A stretch of 63,798 bases of DNA, counting the filler, from Actinomycetota bacterium (GTDB lineage Bacteria > Actinomycetota > Acidimicrobiia > Spongiisociales > UBA4744), in the NCBI GenBank assembly GCA_013152275.1. It is 6 parts of 6 records of this genome, joined end to end, with 100 filler letters (N's around TTAATTAATTAA, not from the genome) between each part and the next. Parts side by side here need not be neighbours in the genome. Positions count along the whole stretch, not along the records: positions 1 to 12,572 come from JAADGS010000038.1; positions 12,673 to 23,675 come from JAADGS010000044.1; 4 more parts are not named here. The stretch is one strand, 5' to 3'. Made by a program: the position numbers and the translations under genes. This document shows, piece by piece, positions 10,994-20,099 of the stretch (its first letter is position 1; each line of letters starts with the position of its first letter). Under the pieces are notes generated by a model. It was not told the DNA's origin and did no database searches. It worked only from the letters and a program-made list of their open reading frames with translations.

Positions 10994-12572
10994 TTAGCGG
11001 AACGTGCCGTCTTGGTCTTGACCGTGACTCTGCCACACCTCGATGGTGACCAGGTCGTATCCCCAACGGAACGGCTTGGCGTTGCCACTCACCTTGTAGG
11101 TGTTGCGCACAAACCGGTAGTCAACGGCTTGTCCCCATACGGGCCGGAAGCCACAAAGAACCCCGTCTGACCCGAAGACATCTCAATATAGTTATCGTGC
11201 ACATACAGATTCTTCAGCTCAAACTCACCCAGTGACTTCCACGAAGCCGGATCATCATACCGGTCGTGCTGCACCGCACCGATACCGTTCTTATTGCCAA
11301 CGAGAGTATTCCCATACACCTCAACGTTAGGGCTGTTTGCGATCAGGATCCCCGCACCCTTCACATCGTGCGGGTTCCCAAACCCATTCCGCTTCAACGT
11401 GTTATTACGAATCACCGCCGAGTAACTGATCTCATGCTTGATACCGGCATGGTAATTATCCTCAACACGGTTCCCCTCATACAAGACACCGTCATTGTCG
11501 ATATCCGTCCACAACCCCGGCCCATAATTGTCATGCGAATAGTTGTTACGAACGACCAGATTACGGGTCATCACCCACTTGGTGCCACCACCACCCCAAA
11601 ACGGATTCACCGTCTTCTCATAGTTGTTGTAAGCAATCTCGTTACCCTCAACGAGAATGTTCGAACCAGACCCACCCAACCCAAGCTGCGTATTGTGGTG
11701 AACATAATTGTTGAGCACCTTCCACCCGGACCCCGCCTTGATCCCAATCCCATGGTTGTACCGGACCTCATTATCATCAACAACCCAACCCGTCGCCCCA
11801 TTCGAACTGTAAATCGCACCAGTCTGCTGAGGGTTGGCGTACTTCTCCACCACAAGACCGGTAATCGTCACATCATCGCCCGACCCATAAAACGCGAACT
11901 CCGTCACATCCTCACCCGTCAACACCGCCCCAGGCTCACCAACAAACACATCCCCATCCTTCGGCTTCACCGACTGACGCCGATGCACCCCCGCCTTGAT
12001 CACAAACGTCGTCCCCGCCGGATACGCATCCACAGCCGCCTGCAACGAATCACCCACAAACACATCCACCCCACCCGACACCGACACACCCGCCGTCGTT
12101 GACGTCGTAGAAACCGGCGCCGTCGTAGACGTCACAGAAACCGGCGCCGTCGTAGATGTCGTAGAAACCGGCGCCGTCGTAGACGTCACAGAAACCGGCG
12201 CCGTCGTAGACGTCGTAACACCCGACCCCCCCATCGTGAACGAAACACTCACCACCACAGACCCGTTCACCGTCGCAGAAATCACATGCCCACCCACACC
12301 CAACTCAGACAAACGCACACGCTCCCGCCACGGATACCCATCATCCACATACACCCGAACACCACCATCGGTGTTCCACGTCACCGAAGACGCATCCTGA
12401 GGCGACAAAAACACATAAAACGAACCCGCAGGCACCACCACACCATCAACAAACGGCGACCCCGACTCAACATCCCCAACCTGCGTCGACCACGACAACG
12501 AATACCCCGAACCAACCACCGCAACCGACGTCGACGTAACCGACACACCCTCCGTCGTCGACGTCGTCGACG
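10994..12572 (-). CDS. Large secreted beta-helix protein, paralog of 6701-8200; 5' end missing at contig edge; frameshifted near 11120
   Basis: Shared blocks with the paralog (EKYANP, WGGGG.K.VMT, GPGLWTDIDN, NYHAGIKHEISY); the paralog-like C-terminus YRFVRNTYKVSGNAKPFRWGYDLVTIEVWQSHGQDQDGTFR-stop continues in another frame to 10994. Confidence 0.75.
12091..12217. repeat. 27-bp tandem repeat (~4.5 copies) encoding Thr/Ser-rich linker TSTTAPVS(V/T)
   Basis: GAAACCGGCGCCGTCGTAGA(C/T)GTC(ACA/GTA) repeated. Confidence 0.9.
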
Positions 12573-12672
12573 NNNNNNNNNNNNNNNNNNNNNNNNNNNN
12601 NNNNNNNNNNNNNNNNTTAATTAATTAANNNNNNNNNNNNNNNNNNNNNNNNNNNNNNNNNNNNNNNNNNNN
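12573..12672. other. Artificial contig-joining linker
   Basis: N-run/TTAATTAATTAA (stops in all frames)/N-run, 100 nt. Confidence 0.98.
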
Positions 12673-12889
12673 CATCGACCCATTATCGACCTGCCCGACC
12701 GGGAGCGTATGTCCGGTGTGGGCTCAAGGGGTCAGCACAACGCTTCAGCGAGACAGAGCGTCTCCATTCCAGCACACCCAGCCAGATCTGGATGGGGCAG
12801 ACGGCTCCTGTGTTACGGTGCGCGAAGCATGTAGTTATCGGAACGCCCCCGGACTTGTCCCGCACGTGAACTCCCCAGGAGGTTCCCTC

Positions 12890-13206
12890 TTGTCCCTACA
12901 TGCTTCCCTCGACCTAACAGGCCATGTGGCGCTCGTCACAGGCGCAAACCACGGCATCGGCGCGGCGACAGCTTGTCGCATCGCCGAACGTGGCGCCTCG
13001 GTAGTGATCACCTAGCTACCGATCGGGGATGCTCCCGATCCAGGTATCCCCGACACCTACCGCAACAACCGTGCCCAAGATGCTGACGCTGTGGTCCAGC
13101 GATCTCTGCCAGCGGCGGAACGGTGGTGGCGATAGAGGCCGATCTCAGCGATGGCGAAACAATCAGCCGTCTGTTCGATGCAGCCGAAGCTGACCTCGCT
13201 CGTTGA
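12890..13206 (+). pseudogene. Short-chain dehydrogenase/reductase remnant
   Basis: LDLTGHVALVTGANHGIGAATA Rossmann motif, in-frame TAG at 13013-13015, later frameshift to AIEADLSDGETISRLFDAAE, then truncated. Confidence 0.75.
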
Positions 13207-13283
13207 AAACCCCCAGATCTGCTCACTGGAATCCCTCGCCACCAGGTCTTGTCGTGTCATATCCGATAAGAGATACTGCGAGT

Positions 13284-13787
13284 GTGTCGATAGTGAGAGA
13301 TCTTCGCGAATCCGCTGAATTGACTCAGGTCGAGTTGGCTGAACGGGCGGGTACGTCGCAGCCGGCGATCGCCGCGTACGAGTCGGATCGCAAGAGCCCG
13401 ACGTTGCGGACCCTGAGGCGGCTCGCGCAGGCTGCCGGCCGGGAAGTGGTGGTTTCGTTCGCTCCGCCGTTGACGAGGGAGGAACGTCGAAGTCTGGCGT
13501 TGCATCGGGCGATCGCCCGCAAGTTGCGGGAGGTACCCGACGAGGTGCTGGTCCGGGCTCGGCGTAATCTCGCTCGCATGATGGAGCGGCATCCGGCTGC
13601 CCGGGGACTGCTCGAGGAGTGGGCCGTGATCCTGGAGAGGCCCGTCGACGAGATCGTCGAGATCTTGACGGATCCTCGGCCCCATGCCCGTGAGCTGCGC
13701 CACGTCACTCCGTTTGCCCGGGTGTTGACCGCCGCCGAACGGACCCGCGTATACGAGGAGTTCGCTCGAAGCGAGGCGCTGCGTTGA
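13284..13787 (+). CDS. XRE-type HTH protein with C-terminal helical domain (putative antitoxin)
   Basis: LRESAELTQVELAERAGTSQPAIAAYESDRKSPTLRTL HTH_3; translationally coupled to downstream nucleotidyltransferase-like ORF. Confidence 0.8.
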   Translation: MSIVRDLRESAELTQVELAERAGTSQPAIAAYESDRKSPTLRTLRRLAQAAGREVVVSFAPPLTREERRSLALHRAIARKLREVPDEVLVRARRNLARMMERHPAARGLLEEWAVILERPVDEIVEILTDPRPHARELRHVTPFARVLTAAERTRVYEEFARSEALR

Positions 13788-14089
13788 CCAAAGACGAGTT
13801 CGATCATGCGATCCGGGCGGCAGGTGCGATGCTCGGTGTGCCTGAGATTCCGGTGATCGGCAGCCAGGCGGTGCACGGATCCGTTTCCGGGGACCTGCCT
13901 GAGGAGGCGCTACGGTCGGTAGGGGTCGATGTTGCCGTGTTTGGTGATGTGGACGGGGCCGAGGCCGATCTTCTCGACGGGTCGATTGGCGAAGCGTCGA
14001 TCTTTCACGAGTCGTTCGGGGTCCCCTCGCATCGTGGTCGAGGGGAGACGCCGTACCGGGTCAGGGCGTTGGCTGTCGTGTGGGCGTAA
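13784..14089 (+). pseudogene. Truncated nucleotidyltransferase-like (DUF6036-like) putative toxin
   Basis: HAIRAAG...VIGSQAVHG...DVAV...DGSIGE.S.FHESFG N-terminal motif; sequence loses family character after ~14020 and overlaps a convergent gene. Confidence 0.6.
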
Positions 14090-14537
14090 GTTCGATGACG
14101 GGGATGGCGCGGCTGGTGCGTTGTCGATAGCGCTCAAAGGTTGGGTAGATGGCGACGAGCGCCGGCCATATCCGTTTCGCCTCGTCGGCCGGGAGCACTC
14201 GGGCGGTGTGGGGGATTGTCTCGCCGCGAATGTCGACCTCGACTTGCGGATGGGCGACGAGGTTGCGGTACCAGTGGGGCACGGTGTCGCTGCCGGCGAA
14301 CGACGCGGCGACGTAGCGGTTGCCGTCGTGCTCGGCGTAGTAGAGAGGCGTCGAACGGGGTTCGCCGCTGGTCCGGCCGCGGGTGGTCAGTATGAGGGTG
14401 TCGACGCCGAGGGGCCCGGCTCCGTGAAAGAGGCGATAGAGGGCGAGGTGGAGTCGTCCTCCGGTTCGTACCACGCCAGGACGGAACCAGATCGTCAGGA
14501 AATTGGCCAGGTATTTTGTGAGGTTGCGCATCTGCAA
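14061..14537 (-). CDS. Deazaflavin (F420)-dependent nitroreductase family protein
   Basis: LILTTRGRTSGEPRSTPL, AASFAG...PHWYRNLVAHP.V, YRQRTSRAIPVIEL motifs. Confidence 0.9.
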   Translation of the reverse strand: MQMRNLTKYLANFLTIWFRPGVVRTGGRLHLALYRLFHGAGPLGVDTLILTTRGRTSGEPRSTPLYYAEHDGNRYVAASFAGSDTVPHWYRNLVAHPQVEVDIRGETIPHTARVLPADEAKRIWPALVAIYPTFERYRQRTSRAIPVIELTPTRQPTP

Positions 14538-14556
14538 TCCGCTCCTATCGGTCGGG

Positions 14557-14895
14557 CTAGGACTCTCCGAGGGGTGCTTGGCCGGTGCCGAGCAGCTCGT
14601 CGGCGAGTCTTCGTACGGCGCGGCGACCCTCCTGGAGGGCCTCGTTCCCGCGTGGAGAGATCCGATAGACCCGCCGAGCCTTACCGTTCATGGTCTGGGG
14701 TTCCGAGGTGACGAGCCCTTCGGCTTCCATCTGGTGCAAGGTGGGGTAGAGCTTGCCGGGGCTGATGTCGTAGCCGTGTTCGGCGAGTTCGCGGCTTAGC
14801 CAGGCGCCGTGCACCGGGCCTTCGGCGGCGTGGTGGAGGATGTGGAGGCGTACCGCCCCACGAACAAACTCTCTGATGGTGCGCTGGCTCTCCAC
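14557..14895 (-). CDS. PadR family transcriptional regulator
   Basis: LHILHHA...HG..LSREL...ISPGKLYPTLHQMEAEGLV...RRVYRIS; GTG start at 14895. Confidence 0.88.
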   Translation of the reverse strand: MESQRTIREFVRGAVRLHILHHAAEGPVHGAWLSRELAEHGYDISPGKLYPTLHQMEAEGLVTSEPQTMNGKARRVYRISPRGNEALQEGRRAVRRLADELLGTGQAPLGES

Positions 14896-14908
14896 GGCGT
14901 CCCAAGCA

Positions 14909-14932
14909 ATATCGTAAACCGATATCAGTATA
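14909..14932 (-). promoter_or_regulatory. Putative -10 box (TATACT) and PadR operator ATATCG-N5-CGATAT
   Basis: Perfect 6-bp inverted repeat 14909-14925 lying between TATACT (14927-14932, minus strand) and the padR start. Confidence 0.6.
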
Positions 14933-15121
14933 CGATGATGCTGTCGAGCAGGCAAGAAACTCCGTGGACTCCAAGGCGAACAGGCCTGACATCCGTTTCT
15001 CTTCGCCATCTACGGCGTTCGGCTGCGCGATGCGAAGCTCGCAACAAGGTCTTGCGTCCTCGGTTGGGCCTCTGCCGCCGATCAGATGGTGGAACATGGC
15101 GAGGTGTCGTAGGCTCGGGTG

Positions 15122-16855
15122 ATGACGAGTCTCGGTGAGGCTTTCAATGTTCGGGCGATCACTGATCTGGCCGGCGCGCGGGTCTATGCGCGTGGGGTTG
15201 CCTATCACGCCGATGGGCGTGTCGAGCCCGACGCGAGAAGCGATCAGCGGTTGGAAGCGACAGTGCGTGGCTCGGTTCCCTATGCCGTGGCACTGTGGGT
15301 CGATCGTGACAAGGCGGGATGGTCGTGCAGTTGCCCGGCCGCCGAGGACGGTTCGTTCTGCAAGCACTGTGTCGCGGTTGCATTGCTGTTCGCCCCTCGT
15401 TTGGATCCCGGGGCCGGCGCAGTGCCAGGACCGGTCGAATCGGCACACGGACCGGATGTTTCGTCTCACGTCGAGGGACTGTCGCGCGAGCGGCTGGTCG
15501 AGCTCGTGCTTGAGCAGTGTGAGACCGACTGGCAGCTTCGAGAGCGAATGGTTGCCGAGGCGAGGGCCGCTCGTGGCGATGGTCCTGATGTCGGGTCGTG
15601 GCGACGTCGCATCGATTCCGTGTTCGCTCCCTATGGCGATTTCGTCGGCTATCGCGAGGCGAAAGGATGGGCCTCGGACGTCTTTGATGTGATCGACGGG
15701 CTTGGGGATCTCGCGAATGCCGGACATGGTGATGAGGTGATCGTGTTGGCCGAGCATGCGCATCGTTGCGCCGATGCTGCGATCAGGTACGTTGACGATT
15801 CCGATGGTTGGCTCACCGATATCGAGGAGCGGCTGAGCGACCTGCATCTGAGCGCGTGCGAGGCTGTGCGTCCTGACCCTGTTGGTCTGGCGCGTCGTCT
15901 CGTCGATCTGGAATTGACGTCTGAACTTGACGGATTCCATCGCGCGGCAGCCACGTACGCGGACCTGCTCGGCGAGACTGGACTCGCGGAGTATCGGCGG
16001 ATCCTGGAACCGCGATGGGAAGCGGTCAAAGATCAGACAGATCGATGGTCAGGCGATCGGTTCTCTGTCGAGCAGGCCATGATCGGTGTTGCGTTGGGTT
16101 CGGGTGACCCCGACGAGTTGATCGAGGTACGGAGTGGAGATCTCCGAACACCTGATGGCTATCACGAGATTGCCGGGGTGCTGGCTGGGGCCGGTAGGGT
16201 CGAAGAGGCGGTCGAGTGGGCCCGGCGGGGATTGGCCGAGTACGCGGATCGCACCTGGCAGCTATCGGGGCTGCGCGATTTCCTTTCGGGGATCCTTCGA
16301 TCGCAGGGTGAGCACGCGCAGGCGGTCGGCTTGTATTGGGAAGGTTTCGAGACCGCGCCGTCTGTGTCGAGCTACCGCCGGCTCCTTTCTGAGGCGAGTC
16401 CAGACGCCGAGTCGTGGTCGGAACGCTGCCTCGAGACACTCAGGGAGCGCGTGGCCGAAGCGCGCCCGGGTGACGATGTCCGCCGGTCGCATGCCGTGCC
16501 TCGTCCCTCCGTGGCACTCGTCGAGATCCTCATGTACGAAGGTGACATCGAGGGTGCCTGGACGATCGCCGCCGAGTATGGGTGCGACGACAGGACGCGG
16601 CTGACGCTGGCTCGTGCCCGCGAGGCGACACATCCGCTCGATTCGATCTCGGTGTACGAACGCGAAGTCTTCGCGCTCATCGACCGGAAGAAGAACCGCG
16701 CCTACCAGGCCGCTGTCGACTTGTTGGATCGCATCCGTGTCCTGGCCGACGGTGCGGCGCAGCCCGAACGGTTCTCCGTGCTCCTCGAACGGGTTCGTAC
16801 CGAGCACCGCGCAAAGCGGAACCTCAAGGCCCTTCTTGATCGCAAGGGCTGGTGA
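15122..16855 (+). CDS. SWIM zinc-finger protein with C-terminal helical repeat region
   Basis: CSCPAAEDGSFCKH = CxCx9CxH SWIM motif after the ARG..Y...G.V N-terminus. Confidence 0.85.
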   Translation: MTSLGEAFNVRAITDLAGARVYARGVAYHADGRVEPDARSDQRLEATVRGSVPYAVALWVDRDKAGWSCSCPAAEDGSFCKHCVAVALLFAPRLDPGAGAVPGPVESAHGPDVSSHVEGLSRERLVELVLEQCETDWQLRERMVAEARAARGDGPDVGSWRRRIDSVFAPYGDFVGYREAKGWASDVFDVIDGLGDLANAGHGDEVIVLAEHAHRCADAAIRYVDDSDGWLTDIEERLSDLHLSACEAVRPDPVGLARRLVDLELTSELDGFHRAAATYADLLGETGLAEYRRILEPRWEAVKDQTDRWSGDRFSVEQAMIGVALGSGDPDELIEVRSGDLRTPDGYHEIAGVLAGAGRVEEAVEWARRGLAEYADRTWQLSGLRDFLSGILRSQGEHAQAVGLYWEGFETAPSVSSYRRLLSEASPDAESWSERCLETLRERVAEARPGDDVRRSHAVPRPSVALVEILMYEGDIEGAWTIAAEYGCDDRTRLTLARAREATHPLDSISVYEREVFALIDRKKNRAYQAAVDLLDRIRVLADGAAQPERFSVLLERVRTEHRAKRNLKALLDRKGW

Positions 16856-16935
16856 GTAGTTTCTGGCCACACCCGTGCTTGGGGTCTGTCAGTCCTGCTG
16901 CACGGACATGGAGGCTTGGCCACGGGAGTGCGTGG

Positions 16936-16954
16936 ACGTACATTGGCCGTACGT
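16936..16954. promoter_or_regulatory. Putative TA operator palindrome ACGTAC-N7-GTACGT
   Basis: Perfect inverted repeat 14 bp upstream of the DUF1778 antitoxin start. Confidence 0.55.
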
Positions 16955-16968
16955 AGTGTGAGGTTCGG

Positions 16969-17256
16969 GTGGCTACTGAAGCGAAGCGGAGACGTAGGGA
17001 ACGTCTCGAAGTCAGGACAGCGCCCGAGGATCGGGCGCTTGTCGATAGCGTCGTGGCGGCTTACGGGACGGATCTGACAGAGTTCGTTGTCACGAACCTG
17101 ACGGTGGCCGCGCGGCGGGCGTTGGCCGATCGATCCGAGTTTGTCCTCGACTCGGATTCCCGGCAGGCGTGGGAGAAGGTCAACAGGCGTCGAGCTCGCG
17201 ATCTGCCCGGGTTGCGTGAGCTGATGCAGCGTCCGTCTCCGTTCGTTGACGAGTGA
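16969..17256 (+). CDS. DUF1778 (TacA-like RHH) antitoxin
   Basis: RRERLEVRT...DRAL...LTEFV...ARRALADRSEFVLD...LRELMQRPSPF pattern; coupled to a GNAT-toxin N-terminus. Confidence 0.85.
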   Translation: MATEAKRRRRERLEVRTAPEDRALVDSVVAAYGTDLTEFVVTNLTVAARRALADRSEFVLDSDSRQAWEKVNRRRARDLPGLRELMQRPSPFVDE

Positions 17257-17381
17257 CGGACCGGCATCGGCCACCGAGGCTCATCGAACCCGGCGACGAT
17301 GTCGACGGGTTCCAATGCCGACCTGATGACGAACAAACCCGGTGGTTGCGCCACCACGCCCGTCAGGCGAGTGCCACAGGT
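17253..17381 (+). pseudogene. N-terminal fragment of a TacT-like GNAT toxin, interrupted
   Basis: PRLIEPGDDVDGFQC....QTRWLRHHARQASATG resembles the GNAT toxin N-terminus (F.CG...L..WL...A); then runs into an inverted integrase fragment. Confidence 0.65.
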
Positions 17382-17567
17382 GAGCGACCAATCCTTGTCG
17401 TTGCGGCCGTTCACCTCCTTGGCGAGACGCGCCGCCAACTCTTCGGCGTCGTCCCTGCTGGAGCCGCCCGGGTGCCAGGTGCGGCGTTCCCGTCCGGTGA
17501 CCGGGCCGAGCCCTTCGTAGACGACTGCATACCAGCGGTCACCCTTCGTTGCGATACAGTCCTTCAC
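17375..17567 (-). mobile_element. Remnant of tyrosine integrase N-terminal arm-binding domain
   Basis: KGDRWYAVVYEGLGPVTGRERRTWHPGGSSRDDAEELAARL, typical actinobacterial integrase N-terminus; no catalytic domain follows. Confidence 0.65.
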
Positions 17568-17729
17568 GGTTGTCTCCGTTCCGGGTTGCCGACGTTCGGG
17601 AACCCGGTAGAAGAATCCGGGACCCGGCCCCGAAGCGCACCAGGCAATCCGAAGGCTCCGAGGTGGTCGGACTCACACGAAACAGTCTCCGGTAGCCCCG
17701 GACCGGTTCAGAGCTAGCGTAGGCACCGG

Positions 17730-18263
17730 ATGGACCAGGGATCCTCAATCGCGAAGTGTCGTGGCGCGGGAGAGCCTCTTCGAGTCTCGCGTTTTCGGCC
17801 TGAGCAGGCGGTTGATGTCGCAGGGTGGCAGTACCCGCCGCCCTACGACATGTACTCCAGCACCGAGGCCCTCTCCGGTCGACTTCTGGTTGATGAGGGA
17901 GATGGCCTCGGCTATTTCGTGTTGACGTTGCTCGGATCTGATGAGGCGCTCGGCTTCTGCTGCTACGGGCCCGAGGCGCGTGTTATCAACGAACCAGAAC
18001 CGCTTCCCGGGACACTCGATGTTGGTGGCGGTCTACGGCCGGATGCAGTTGGGCGAGGGATTGCGTCCAGGTACATGCCGAGCGTGTTGGAACACGCGGC
18101 CCGGCTCCACCACCCAAAGTGGTTTCGTGTTGCAGTCGCAGCATTCAACGAACGCTCTGTGGCGCTGTGTACGACTTCGGGGTTCGTGAGATCGAGTTCC
18201 TTCGCCGGCCCCGACGAGAGGGAGTTCCTGGAATTGTATCGCACCAGGGTCAGCTTCCAATGA
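17730..18263 (+). CDS. GNAT family N-acetyltransferase
   Basis: WQYPPPYDMY; DVGGGLRPDAVGRGIA acetyl-CoA motif; VAAFNERS...GF. Confidence 0.85.
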   Translation: MDQGSSIAKCRGAGEPLRVSRFRPEQAVDVAGWQYPPPYDMYSSTEALSGRLLVDEGDGLGYFVLTLLGSDEALGFCCYGPEARVINEPEPLPGTLDVGGGLRPDAVGRGIASRYMPSVLEHAARLHHPKWFRVAVAAFNERSVALCTTSGFVRSSSFAGPDEREFLELYRTRVSFQ

Positions 18264-18428
18264 ACGGCGCAAGTCTCCCGGGATCTCAGCGTTCAATCTG
18301 GGCATTCTGTGAGCTTCGTCCTGGCTGCCCAGTTCGGTATGGCTATCAAGAGGCGTATTCGACGGAGGTGCGTGCACCGTGGTGGTGTACGAAGGCCTGT
18401 GGGCCCTTCCCTTAGAGTGAGAGCGCTG

Positions 18429-19241
18429 ATGGACGCATGGACGGCTGCGAATCGCGCGAATTGGGACGATCGGGTACCGATCCACAGAGCTTCGGCCTTC
18501 TACGACGTGGAGGGTTGGCTGGCGGAGAGACCAGGACCTCGGCCGTGGGAGCTGGAGGTCCTGGGAGATGTGGCCGGGCTCGACCTGGTTCATCTGCAAT
18601 GCCACTTCGGTCTCGATACGTTGGCCTTCGCTGACGCCGGCGCTCGCGTCACGGGGGTCGACTTCTCCGGCGCCGCGATCGAGCTCGCCCGAGAGCTGGC
18701 GACGTCGGCCGGCCTGGCGGACAGGGCACGCTTTGTGGAAGCCGATGCGCTCACGGCAGCAGAAGTCCTCGCCCCGGAGACCTTTGATGTCGTCTATGTG
18801 AGCCTCGGGTCGCTGTGCTGGCTGCCGAGCGTGACCGCGTGGGCAGGTGAGGTCGCCGGCCTCATTCGCCCCGGTGGCCGCCTCTACCTACACGACGCCC
18901 ATCCGCTGGCATGGGCCATGGCCGAGGGCGACCTACGGGTCGAACAGTCCTATTTCGAGGAGCCGGAGCCCCTGGCGGTGGACAGCGACGTCACCTACAC
19001 CGACGGCGACGACCGTCTGATCCATGCTCGGCACTACGAGTGGAATCACTCGATCGGCGAGACCGTGGAGGCGGTCATCGGCGCCGGGCTGAGGATCGAG
19101 CGGTTGGTCGAACACGACTGGACGGTGTGGCGTCGCTTCCCTTGGCTGCAAGCCACCTCCGACGGTCGATGGGTGATACAGCCGGGCCGACCCCGGGTGC
19201 CGCTGACCTTCACCCTTCTCGCCACTCGCGGGGACGGTTAG
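18429..19241 (+). CDS. Class I SAM-dependent methyltransferase
   Basis: NRANWDDRVPIH, LVHLQCHFGLDT, VTGVDFSGAAI, FDVVY motifs. Confidence 0.9.
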   Translation: MDAWTAANRANWDDRVPIHRASAFYDVEGWLAERPGPRPWELEVLGDVAGLDLVHLQCHFGLDTLAFADAGARVTGVDFSGAAIELARELATSAGLADRARFVEADALTAAEVLAPETFDVVYVSLGSLCWLPSVTAWAGEVAGLIRPGGRLYLHDAHPLAWAMAEGDLRVEQSYFEEPEPLAVDSDVTYTDGDDRLIHARHYEWNHSIGETVEAVIGAGLRIERLVEHDWTVWRRFPWLQATSDGRWVIQPGRPRVPLTFTLLATRGDG

Positions 19242-19383
19242 CCGAGGCGGGTCGTTCCGTCGGTTGGCCGCGAGCGGAGGAGACGTCTCGATGTTGAAGA
19301 CAGACCGAGGCGTCCTCCCGCAGAGGCACGATGGACGGTTGTTGTTGGGAGCACTCACGTGTTCTCGGCTCGCTTCCACCGGA

Positions 19384-19587
19384 TCTCCATCGCGCGTCCG
19401 CCGCGCGAGAGTGGGATCAGACGGGAAACAAGGAGAAACGTTGAGAGGCGAAGACCCGGTTCTGCCGGGCGTTTCTCGCATTTCCCCCGGTCAGTGAAAC
19501 TCGCAGAATCGCTCACAACCGGAAGGTCGCGGGTTCAAATTCCGCCCCCGCTACGAACGCAAATCCCTGTGAACACAGGGGTTTGCG
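19384..19587 (+). repeat. att-like direct repeat copy 1: ~127-bp arm, degenerate 3' half of tRNA-fMet (19511-19554), hairpin (19558-19587)
   Basis: GCTCACAACCGGAAGGTCGCGGGTTCAAATTCCGCCCCCGCTAC resembles tRNA-fMet 3' half; homologous to 22857-23060. Confidence 0.85.
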
Positions 19588-20099
19588 GCGTTCTCCGCTT
19601 TGATCGGGTGGTCTCGGTTGTCCCTCCTGAAGTCCGACGGTCGGCGAAGCGCCAATTCTCTCATGGTCGAGCTTTCTGACGGAAGGTGGCTGGTTCGCCA
19701 TATGGCCGCTCTTCGAGCGGCAACGAGTACTGCGAGTATTTCGCCTGGCCGGATCGAAGGTGGGTTCAGAATGCTCCGGCAACGGCGCAGGGCGAGCGTT
19801 GTGTCTTGTTGCATGAACCGAACCGGGTCAATCCCACCAGTGGGCTTGGCGTCTGGGTTGGCGGGTGGCTACTCCGGCGAGGAGGGCGTTGAGGCCGTAT
19901 TCGAATTGGTCGTTGGCGACGAGTTGTGTCATCTCCGATCAGGTCGGCGTAGCTGCAGCCGCTCCTGGCCGGCATCTGAAGATCATCTTCTTCAACGATC
20001 CGTGCAGCCGCGCACTCTCGTACGTGAGCTACTGGAACAACCACGGGGAGCATCTCCATGTACGGTATTGTCAGGTCTACTATCCGAAGTCGAGTTCAC

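Noticed and set aside
12573..12672. TTAATTAATTAA palindromes within N-runs (five occurrences) as biological sites
   Set aside because: Identical 100-nt artificial scaffolding linkers; they also make cross-linker gene neighbourhoods meaningless.
19511..19554. Functional tRNA genes here and at 22985-23028
   Set aside because: Only the 3' half is present; no D-arm or 5' acceptor strand, and the anticodon loops are mutated.
19828..19945. TetR C-terminal-like fragment (QFEYGLNALLAG) on the minus strand
   Set aside because: Too short, with an upstream in-frame stop; similarity is only suggestive.
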